Positions 12,832-32,200 of a DNA stretch of 64,000 bases are shown piece after piece; within the stretch, counting starts at the first letter, position 1, and the number at the start of each line of letters is the position of its first letter. The stretch lies in the NCBI GenBank assembly GCA_964035545.1, contig OZ037767.1:13625801-13689800 (forward strand), read 5' to 3'. The DNA is from Bugula neritina (lineage: Eukaryota > Animalia > Bryozoa). The notes under the pieces are model-generated. The model was not told the DNA's origin. It made no database searches and saw nothing but the letters and a program-made list of their open reading frames with translations. The translations under genes were made by a program, and so were the position numbers.

Positions 12832-15800
12832 CTAGGCTGGGATGGATAGAACTTTCCTCAAGATGTGAGCTGATCCTAGTAAGGCTGTCTGCTGAATCAG
12901 TGGGTATTTGTTTTCAGCTACTCCAAGTAGTGCCATCCAGTCTACAGTCATGTGTGAAGCTCCAAGGGCTCCAATTACAATGGGGATGACTTTTGTTGAT
13001 GTTTTCCAAAGGCGGGTTAACTCTAGTGCTAAATCCTGATATTTTCCTATCTTCTCTGATTTTTTTTCTTTTACTCTGTAATCACCAGGAACTGCGATAT
13101 CGATGATTGTTGTTTCAGCATTACGCTTGTCAACTACTACTATATCAGGCCTCCTAGCTTCGATGACTCTGTCGGTGTGTATGTTGAAGTCCCACAATAT
13201 TTTTACATTGTCATTCTCCAGTACTGATTCCGCTCGGTGGTCGTACCAATTTTTGCTTCTCTGAAATCCATGAAGTTCACACAACTCCCAGTGAATTATC
13301 GATGCCACATGATCGTGTCTTTTCTTATATTCTCCTTGTGCTAACTTCTCACATTCACTCAGTATATGCATCACAGTCTCGTCCCTTGCATTACACATCC
13401 GACACTTCTTGCTACCTTGTTCTTTCATTATAGCTACTTTATAATTTCTAGTAGGGAGTGCTTGATCTTGCGCAGCTAACAGCAGCCCTTCTATTTCCTT
13501 TTTCAGCCAACCAGATTTCAACCATTTCCATGAGCACGTTTTCATGTCCTCCACCTTTCTGATGTACTGACCATGTAGAGCCTTTTCTTTCCAGCCATCA
13601 GTTCTTTCTACCGATTTATCGTTCTTGATTTCTATTGCTGTTTTGTCTTTTAGGAAGGTATTCAGAGTGGTGTCTCCAGCAGTGCATGTCCTCTTTATGT
13701 AATCTGACATGCTGCATTCTTCAATCCTTACACATTCTTCAATTGACACCATCCCTCTTCCACCTTCCCTTTTGCTAACATACAGCCTGTCTACATCTGC
13801 TCTTGGATGGAGTGCACGGTTTATTATCACCAGCTTCCTTGCCTTTTTGTCCATTTCTTTTAGCTCATAAAACAGTTCAGTCAAGTATTCTAGCTGTGTA
13901 ATGCACTGCTGTTACTGCCCAAGTGTTTATTGCTTTGATCGTATTCCCTCCATTCAGTTTTGATTCCAGAACTTTTCTTATTCGCCTATAGTACTCCTTC
14001 CTGATTTTATCTTTCATTTCATCCATTTTTATTCTATTAGTCTCAAGAACTCCTAGATACTTATATGGCTCCTCATCCAGATCTTTGATTACCTGTTCAT
14101 CAGGCATAGTGATTCCTGTGTCTTCAATTTTCTTTCCTCTTTTCATAACCAGTGTGGCACATTTTTGTAACCCAAATTTCATTTCTACATCTCTTGTGAA
14201 GATCCTGGCAGCGTTCACCAAAGCTTCCAGTTCTGGCTTCGATTTCCCATATAGCTTCAAGTCATCCATATATAGAAGATGGTTTATTTTTCTGCCCTGT
14301 CGAAATTTGTATCCTTGAGCCGCTTCTCTCATTAGAATTGATAGAGGGATAAGAGCAGTCACAAAGAGGAGTGGAGATAGAGAGTTTCCTTGGAAAATTC
14401 CTCGCTTGATGTCTATTCCTCCAATCTTTTCTCCAAGGTACTCCAGTTGTGTTTTCCAAGACTTCATGCTTTTTCTTATCAACCTTATCACATTACTAGC
14501 CATTCCAGTTAGTTGCATTGTTTCTAAGATCCATGAGTGTGGTACCATGTCATATGCCTTTTGATAGTCTATCCAACACATTGCTAGATTGGTACTTCTC
14601 TTTTTCGAGTCACACATGATTGCCTTATCAAGCATGAGATGATCTTTAGCGCCCCTTGACTTTCTAATGCAGCCCTTTTGTTTTTCTCCAATGATATTTT
14701 GCTCTGAGAGATGATCATACAGGTTGTCAGCTAATATGCCTGTCAATGTTTTCCACATGAGGGGCAAGCAGGTAATTGGTCTATAGTTTCCTGACTGCTT
14801 CCCTTTAGCTGGATCCTCCATTATCAATGCTGTCTTGCCTAATGTCATCCATTCAGGGACATCCCCATTATCCAAGCACTTCTGCAGGTGATCAGCAATC
14901 AGCATATGCAGCTTTGTCAGGTGTTTAATCCAGTATCCTTGAACTCCATCTGGCCCTGGTGATTTCCAATTGGGCATTTTGCTTATCATCTTTTTCACAT
15001 CAGCCACTGTAATGCTTAAGTTCTCTTGTTTTTCTATATGCTCCAACTTGCTGCTTACTTTATTTAGCCATTCTGCATTGGTATTATGCTTTGTTGGCTG
15101 GCCCCAGATGTTTTGCCAGAACGCTTTTGAATCTTCCTTGTCAGGTGCCTCTTTATATGTACATTCATTCCCTTGTAATTCTTGATAGAAGCGCTTTTCA
15201 TTGTTTGTAAACATCCTGTTCTGGTTATATTGTTCAACTCGTTCTGTATATCTTTTTATTTTCTGACTTACAGCCCTCAGATTTTGCTTCAGTTCTTCAA
15301 TCACTACATCATATCCTTTCCTTCAAGCCTTCTTCTCAATGAATCATTGTAAGGTCTTCTTTTGCACTCGATTACTTTACTCAAGTCTGATCTAATTTCT
15401 CTTGATTTGTTCGTACTTTCCATGCTGGTACATTGTTAGGTTTTCTTCTTTCCTTATTGTTACACACTTGTTCTGTTACTATTATTGCACAAGCCATGAT
15501 GGTGTCATTGAGCTCAGTGATATTATCAATCTCAACACAGTCTAGCACTTCGTTAATCTGTCTTACTGCCTGAAGTAATTTGACCCTCTCAATGTGCCTA
15601 AGGGCGCTTAGTCTTGGTCGATCGTTAGTTAATCTGCTACGCTCAACTATAATTTTTTCAACTAGGACTTTTTCTGCCTCTGAACTAGGTACTCTTAAAA
15701 TTCTTATCGTTGGTTCATCTGGTATCTCATGCTGAACTATAACATCCTCTTCTATGTCTCGATCTAGCTCTTCATGATCTTCTTCACCAACTGTTGTGTC

Positions 15801-16163
15801 TTGTTCTTGCAAGGTTCCTTCTTCAATCTCATGGAGTTCTTCCTCTGTGAAATGCTTGTGTTTCTTTATAGTTCTTGCTTGATCTGCTAGTCTCTGTTCG
15901 CTGATGTCAAATCCTCCTCTTTCCTTCCAGAGTTCATACATTCTTTTTCTATAACCCCTCACTCTAGGTCTACGTTTGAAGTAGCATTCCATGACAGCTT
16001 TGTTGTCTTCTCTTGAGTATCTTCTTTTAGTTGTGCCAGTAACAGGTTGACGACCGTAGGTTGCCTGGTCCTCCACATACCCACTGCCGGACGAGACATG
16101 CCTAGCTTGGCTAGTCATCCCATTCACATCGTTAGCTTTATTCTTTCTATTGTAATTCATCAT
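12832..16163 (-). pseudogene. Retrotransposon ORF (Myb-like N-term, RT, CCHC, restriction-like endonuclease) broken into three frames
   Basis: N-term MECYF...GYRKRM...SEQRLADQ; RT motifs KSPGPDG, YRPITCL, WIDYQKAYD, GIFQGNSLSP, YMDD; CRMC..ETVMHILSEC; RHD; RRPDIVVVDK..IIDIAVP..KIGKY. Frame breaks at about 15300-15400 and about 13880. Confidence 0.92.
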
Positions 16164-16256
16164 ATTGAGTTTTTAGGAACTAATTTTAGGTCCTAATCCT
16201 AATAGGACCCAGCAAGGTAATGTGCAAAGCTTGCTGAAGGCTTTTTGCCAGAAAAA

Positions 16257-16341
16257 TGCCGCAGTCGGGAATCGTACCCGGAGCATAATCGGAACTCTGG
16301 ATTTTTGGAGTAATGTGTTCTACCAACTGAGCTATTCTGAC
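16257..16341 (-). other. tRNA-like head (A box/B box) at the 5' end of the R4 element
   Basis: TAGCTCAGTTGG (16323-16334) and GGTACGATTCC (16268-16278), followed by TTTTT (16252-16256). Confidence 0.75.
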
Positions 16342-16672
16342 ACATACTATTAGTATTTTTATTGCTATTAGTATTAGTATTACTATTAGTATTAGTATTA
16401 GTGTTATTATTGCTAAGGTACTACTATTATTATTGGTATTACTAGTAGTATTAGTAGTAATAGACTTACTCTTACTCTTAGTATTACTATTACTTTTTAC
16501 TGTTGGTGTTAGTAGTACTAATAGTTATACTAATATTGTTATTTACTAAGCCTAAGAGTAATGTGACTGCCTAATAAATGTAATAAAAGTTTAAGTTTAA
16601 AACTATTAATAGCTGTTTTGTCTCTTAAGTTATATATTTTGTAGTGCTCATTGAAACCTTCTTACAGTGATC

Positions 16673-24724
<8,052 letters not shown>

Positions 24725-25347
24725 TGAACTAAAGATAACTTTACTCAATATTCATTTTGGTGGTGGACTAAAGCTCATTTTATTGCTGAGTTTTTACTTC
24801 CCGTTTGCCAGTAGAGCCTCCTGCCCAATCATATGTTAATCAGATGCCCACTTATTTTAATCAGAAGCTTTTGCAATCATTACCCAAATTATTGACTGTT
24901 TTTCTTTGTTATAAAATATTTGTTGGTTGTTGAGGTAGTTGAGGTAAAGTGGTAGTTCAGCTTAATTGTGATAAACATTGGTAGTTTGCATTTTGAAAAC
25001 TTGAAATCTATTTTATGTACCATTTAATTTATAGCTATTTAATAAATTTATAATATATGCTTCCTGAAATAGAACCTCAAATCTGTTTACTCGAGGCTGT
25101 AAAAACCAGCCAGTATGTGCTACTAGGTGGAATACAACTTATACTGGTTATACAGATGTATACACCAGTGTTGTGAAAAATAATGTTGAGAAGTTGGTGC
25201 TGAGCTCGATTTCTCCCATGAATAAAACCCAGATAAATGGCTTTAATAATTAACTATCTGGAAATCTGAATTTAAATTGATTTTAACTTACTACGATCAA
25301 ATAGTTTTGTAACTGTAAAAAATAGTTTTCAAAACAACAATTTAGAC

Positions 25348-25692
25348 CAAGGGTATTTAACCTTTTCGGAGTGAAGGGCACTGAAATGGAGTAATATATG
25401 GCAAGGGCCACTTTGTAAAATTTTGCTTGGGCTGGGGGGGGAAGCCACAGTATCAGTAATTTTAAATTACTTTATTTCAAATTCTTATAAATCATTACAC
25501 AATGAAGTGCCAATAATACTTGTAGACTGTATGTTTTGTAGCATGTATGTAAAAAAGATACCTAAAATGCAGTTTTTTCACTCTAATTCATGTCCATGTG
25601 CAAAATAATCTTATTGGTTATGCTTTTGAGGGCCACATAAATGTAGGCTAAGGGCCCCATCTGGCCCTGGGGCCAATGGTTGGACAGCCCTG
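25348..25692. mobile_element. hAT MITE between the UGP2 and BIRC6 3' ends
   Basis: CAAGGGTATTTAACC...GGTTGGACAGCCCTG termini, TCTAGA-like target, GGGCCAC subterminal repeats; a related copy lies at 49170-49490. Confidence 0.75.
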
Positions 25693-26213
25693 GTCTAGAA
25701 TCTAGATACTGCAAAAACATTATTCTAGAAGACAAGTTAGTGTTGCATTTGTAGGGCAAAGGATGAAGTGAGATAGAGGCATACTCTCTTATTTATTAGG
25801 CAGTTATACAAGGCAGAAATCCTGACCATGGAGGTAAAATGGCAGCTTAGAGAGATAATGCTTATATAAAATGCTGTAATCAAAGTGACTTCTCTTGAAG
25901 CACGAATAAGAATAATTACATATAAAAGGTTAAGTTACACATTTAAACATCTCTTCTGTACAAACAGAGCGAAAATAAAATGTATACTTTACACAATATG
26001 AACAAAATCGCACCGAGTAACTCAGCACGATGGCAGCTATCTAATATAAGACGAATATTTTTCAAATTAAATTAGCTTAACTAAATTTCATGATAAATAA
26101 TTGAATTTCCTAGTTTGTGCAGGTCTATTTAGATGTATATGTGAGCAAAGCTGAAAGCACAGCCTTAAAGTCAGACTCAAAGTTCCTGTGGGAAATACGA
26201 GGTTTGGGAGGAG

Positions 26214-29200
26214 CTATAAAAACATTCCACCAGAATCGTCTTGCTCGCCTCCATCTCCCTCAAAGGCACCGGGTTGGGGAGCAAGAAGGGGGTCCTCAAC
26301 ATCCATCATATCTGAGGAATTCGAGGAGAAACACGAGATGTCCGGGAGGGTGTGCCAGTCATCAATAGCGGCGTTGGCTGCGTATACCTTGAAAACATAA
26401 CTTGGTTTTAGCATCTTGAGCGCATTGGGAGCATAATAGAAATAATAAAGAGATGTCTGAAGTATATTAGGCATTGGCATCAAAATATAACTTCGCTCTA
26501 GTATATGGAATATAAATTGGGAGTATAATGAGAATAATATGGACATATTAGGCAATGACATCAAATAAAACACTTGAAAAGAGAAGAAATCACCGGAACT
26601 GAGGGATAATAATTTAGACCCGTACCCCCGGGGATAACTGAGGGTCCGAGATGGGTATCAGAGAATTACTGATGCCGGAACTGCTTCCTCCTCCCATGAG
26701 GTCATCAGTAGACGTCATCATGGCGTCTATCATGTTGAAGGAGTCGGGAGACTTGATCTCAGAGGATGTTGATGCAGTGGGCTCGGTTTCCATGGCAACA
26801 GCATCAGAAGTGCTGGCAGCATTGCTCGAGGACAAGCTAAAGGTGGACGCGTCATCTACACCTTCTGGTGCTTTCATTCTTTGGAACTCCGCCATCAATT
26901 GGTTGTAGTATTTCTGTGGGACAGAGATGTAACAGGTGAAAGAGAGATAACTGAGAAATGTACTTCAGTAAGAGGTATGAGAACGTTTACCGAGTTTCAA
27001 CGTAACACATGACTTCCAGTAAATGAGGAAGAGTTCAAACTTTAAACTTTACACTCGACAGGCTAGAAAGTATAATGAGATTATTTTGGTATAAATAGTT
27101 GTAACGAACCCGCAAGAGAATGGTGTTGTTGGCTATAGTTTGCTTGAACTTCATTTTGAGCAGATTTTGAGGAGATGGCTGGGCAGAAGAAGGAGTGACT
27201 GCCGGTTTCTCCTGCTCTTTCAACCACGACTCTATCTGCTTCTTTATCTCGTCACGTTTCAGCCAGAAGTGCTTCTCAATAATCTGTTTACACGGGTCAA
27301 AAATCAACATGAAACATCTGTTTTGTAAAGAAAAACTCTTCATAATTATTCAGTTAGAATTGGGTCAAGGACAGCAAACATCTGAGGCGGAAACAATTGG
27401 GTTGCTGACTAGTAAATTGATAAACATATATCCAACTGCCAACGAAAATAGAGAGGTAGAAAATATAAATACCTCCTTAAAGCACGGTGGGGGATTCTTG
27501 AGCATGTCTAGCATGGCGTATTTGACGGTGGCCTGACGTATATTGCTGTCATATTCGCAGCAGTTAGCTGTACCAGCCGGAGTGCCGCGTGACCTTTCAT
27601 ACCCGGGCTCATTGAAGTAAGGCTCATTTACTAATATCAGAGACTGTATTGATACAAGCACCTGGCAAAACATGTCATGAATGTTAGATTGCACAGATAT
27701 GACACATATTGACACATACATCACACATAATGACACACAGTGACATATATATGACACATAATTACACTTCTCCGTCATACAGAAATAAGAAATGATGTCT
27801 TGATAATCAGAAAATTGAGGCTGTTGAAACATTGGCCATCTGATAAGCTACAAACACTGCACAGGACAGGCACATCAACACTTTCTATTTTCAAGTCTTC
27901 ACAAGCACCTGCCAACACACTACAAGTACCTGCTAAGACTTGGCAGACATCTGTCAACACATACTCTCATCAATTGCTCGCACATACTACACCAACCAGG
28001 AGACACATACCTGTAGAAAGCTGGAGGTTTGAGCGTTCCATTTCTCCTCTGGTCTACCATGCCACGTGTTAAGTACACTTAAACACACTTTACCGTCGTT
28101 ATATAGATTTGGGTTAAACCGCACCTGAAGTAAAAGCCATAAAACTATAAGCTAAATATAATTCAATATATAATGATGCAGTTAGACTACCCTCAATGTA
28201 CATATATTTCTGAGTACCAAAGAATTAACAGACCATACAGAGCAGAAGATGGTTTGATACCAAAAGAGTAAATCCGGTCTATGTGACTGAGAAATGAACC
28301 GAACAATGGGCGTATGATTACCTTGTGGTTTCCTGTAGTCTGAAGATTGATTAGTGGAGGCGAAGTTGGATAGTCTATGGGGAAGAAGACGTCAAACTCG
28401 AAACAACCGTTCATATACGGGGTGTCACTCGGACCGGTTATAAGCACCTGCAGCAATATTCACAACTCATTGGCTAGCTAATCAACCAATCAACATTCAT
28501 ACTGTGACAGGAGAATGTTGTAACATCAAAACCAATAAACAGAATACACTTGGAACAGATGCTGATACTTTACCTTCATTATGTCCATACGGTCTTCGTC
28601 ACATCTCACGAATACCGAGCTACTGGCACTGAGTGGTAAACTAGTACTCAGTGTGACGGCCTCCTGGGCTAGCCTTCGATTCCTGCTGCTGCTACCGAGG
28701 GTACTAGAGCCCTGCCTCACTAGGGTCTCATAGTGGTGTGGGCACAGAAACTTGACTACAGAAGAGTTGCTGTCCAAGAACTTGTACGTATCTGAAAGGA
28801 AATACAAAATGGTGACTATTCAAAAAGAACACAACTCTATTGTGAGATTTATTACTTCTTTGGGAAATTTAGTTTCAGTTCCATGAAAATATCAATGGCT
28901 TAAAGTGGGTTGAGATAAGAACGTGACAACAAATTAAGAAACATTACTAGATCTACGTAAACAAACCCAACAATGGCAGCTTATCTTAAAGCAGCGCGTC
29001 TTACCAAACTGTAAGTCACCAAGGACACTCTCGTAGCTGGGAGGCAGATTTTCAGCCTCATCTAAACTTGTAGCCGCATTACTGGCTTTAGTAGGAGACA
29101 AGGCTATTTCCTTCTCTTTACACTTCTGTATGGATGCAGTGAGCATAGCCTGTGTTTCAGAGAGTGCTACGGCCAAATCGTTGAGAGAATTAGCTTGGTC

Positions 29201-32200
29201 CTCGTCTTCTTTAGCAGCTTTCTCCTCGGCCTTAGTTCTATCACTTCCAGCCCCCTTATCACCACCAGCAGAAGACGGGCTAAATAAAATTATACCGTAC
29301 TTTAAAATTAAAGGAATATGAAGAGCATTATCTTCAGTCCAATAATATACATTGTGAACACAACATATGAAATGTATTCAGACTGCAAAAAACCTAAAAA
29401 CTAAGCCGACAGTAAAAGTATTTTAATTATAATCAATTGTTTGGGATGAATTCTAATTTCCTAAAACCTTTGAACGCAACGGAAATTCTCAGACTGGAAA
29501 TTAGGCTTGAAAAACTAAGTCATCTTGAGAATATTAATATGGCAAGTACAAATTAACAGAAATGTCACTGCGGTAGTTGTCTTACCCTAGTCTGCTCTCG
29601 TAGGTGGCCACACATTTGGCCATACTGGAGCTAAGTTGAGCCAAGGAGCTCGAATCTGATTGGCTAACTGTCTGTGTGAGGAGAGGAACTAACTCTGAGG
29701 ATGAAGCCAGGGCTCTTAGCACCCGGTATACTGATTGGTAGAGCGGGACGTGCCGTGACATGTCCAACACTGCAAGACAACAAGAGCTCGGGCTAGGCAT
29801 GACTAACTGAACTAGTGTAGATATATTGTAGAAAACTAAATGAGAGATGGAGTGTCAGTGAAACAAAATCAAATTAAACAACCTGTTATTTATAACATAA
29901 TATATAACACAAATAGATGATTAGCCATAGTCTAGAGGTTAGAGCATTGGCTTAGTAAACACGAAGTCATGGGTTCAAATCCCAACTAAGGACATTGGTG
30001 ATGTTAGGAAGAGCATCCAGTCATAATTGCTTTTGTGCCACATAATATGGACAAGTCTTAACCCACTTTAAAAACCCTCTACATCAGGGGTTCTCACATA
30101 GTTCACAGTGACTAAACTTGCGTGAATTTTCATACAAGACAAATATATTAGAATTGAAATACACTAGTAGAATCAACTTGGGCACATTTGAGAGTTGAAA
30201 CAAACAAATGAGACAGAAAAAATAACAACCAATGTCGATGAATTCTTAACTAAGACCAGAAACTTCTGAGGAGAACATAGTCTGAGATGAGGAGAGAAAC
30301 ATACTTGGGCTATAGCATTGCTGGGCTCTCAAACAAATATCATACATTGAGTGGAACTGGGAGATAAATAATTAGCAACAATAAAATGCTGATTAAATTA
30401 TTTATTTATTTATTTTATTTGTTATTTATTTTTACACGACCCAGCCATGGTAGCTGCCCGAGTTTTCAACATAACTAAAACTTCTACATATCGAAACAAA
30501 GCATTCAGGACCATAAAAGATGTGACAACTCCAACAGACATGCGATACCTGAGTCATTCCTGAGGTAAGAGGCCACTGCGGGGAGAAGACAAGAGTCACT
30601 GATCCTGTCAAAGAGGCCCACAGGGAGACTAGCCTGGGAGTCAAACAGCACCTCCTTGGAGTCGTCTGGGTGAATCATGACGGAAATAATATCCAGCAGA
30701 CACATGACGTGTTCCCGCTCATTCTTCTGTCTCATAAGAACCTGGATGATGAATATGACGCTATGTGTCAGGATATCATACTAGAAGCAGATGACAAGGC
30801 ATTGAAAGAAAACCCTTGTTAATTGTTTATTTGAAACGTAACAAAAATCGCAAAAAAATTAATTATATACACACATACTATACACATATATACTATACAC
30901 ATACATACTATACACACACACATACATACTATACACACATACTATACACACACATACTATACACACATACTATACATACATACTATACACATACATACTA
31001 TACACACACATACTATACACATACATACTATACATATACATACTATACATGCATACAGTATTATACTAAAAAACTGATAAGTTGAAAAGCTCACCTGTTT
31101 CAGGTCCCACTGTGTGGTGGTGGACCCGGTACCAAACCCGGTTCCCTTGGCCCAGTACATCTGACCCGATTGCTCGTCACTTTTATTCGTGACAGGTGTA
31201 GAGGAAGTGGGAGGAGCTACCGATGGCTTCTTATTCTTAATGACTTGATTGGCCATCTGAAACAAAGCGGCTTTTAAACTCGGGAACTAGTCCAGTACAG
31301 CAAAAAGTGAATAAATAAACAACTATATAATAAACTGTCATGACTAAAACAACAGAATAAATTTAAAGAGTTCATTCAAACAGGAGAGGATAACTAGAGT
31401 AGCAGACGTACGAAGGTAGCCATCTGCGTGAGTTGAGAGTGAGGGCCGCCGGGCTCCGTAGACTTGCGTGGACTGTGATGGCTGAGGGCGGAGAGACAGG
31501 CTAGCACGAGATCCAACACTCCTGTATCCATACTGGTACGTCTCAGCATCAGCCCGTCATCTGTGGTGAGCGGGCTAGATTGGTATAGTCTCTGTAGGTA
31601 TATATATTAAGAGTAGTCTAACCCTAGGGCTATATTCTAGTGTTTACAGTTCATACAGAATAAGGGTTTTTGTGATTTCTATAAACAAGACATCAATGGA
31701 AGCTGGGCACCTCCCATGAAAACTATGCTGTAGCTGGCGACTCGGGAAGAAAATTGAACATAATTATAAACGAGAAAGAAATATTGAAGATTTGAAGAAA
31801 AAAATAACTAAATATAATATTTAGGAATAAGAATTGAACACTAAAGAGCACCTTGAGGTTGGTAAAGGGGAGAGTGGGCAGAGCGGAGGCTACGGGAGAA
31901 GAGAGGATAGGGGTGCCCTCTCCACCGTCCCTAACTCCGAGCACTAGACGCAGTATGAACTTGGCGTGCAGTCTCTGTTTGATGAGCATCTCGGCATAGC
32001 CAGGCAGCCGCAAGAACAAGCCAAACGCCATCAAAGAATGTGGGGGTATGGTAGTCGGCCCGGCAGCAGCCTTCTTAGGACTTTCTTTCTTGTCAGCAGC
32101 GCCAGTAGAGATGGTCTCGTACTGCTACAAACAATGACATTGCAGTGTAAACCAGCAGACGCTAAGCATACCGTGTGACTATGAAATACTAAACTAAAGT

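Larger units (their letters stand above)
12779..16344 (-). mobile_element. R4/Dong-clade RLE non-LTR retrotransposon, apparently full length (3566 bp)
   Basis: 13-bp TSD TACTATTAGTATT at 12766-12778 and 16345-16357 in a (TAG/TAA/TAT)-rich tract; RT, CCHC and RLE domains; short hairpin-rich 3' UTR. Confidence 0.92.

Noticed and set aside
12832-16163. Programmed frameshifting or an active multi-ORF element
   Set aside because: R4-clade elements encode a single ORF; the breaks coincide with apparent small deletions and QGD is changed to QGN, which fits decay.
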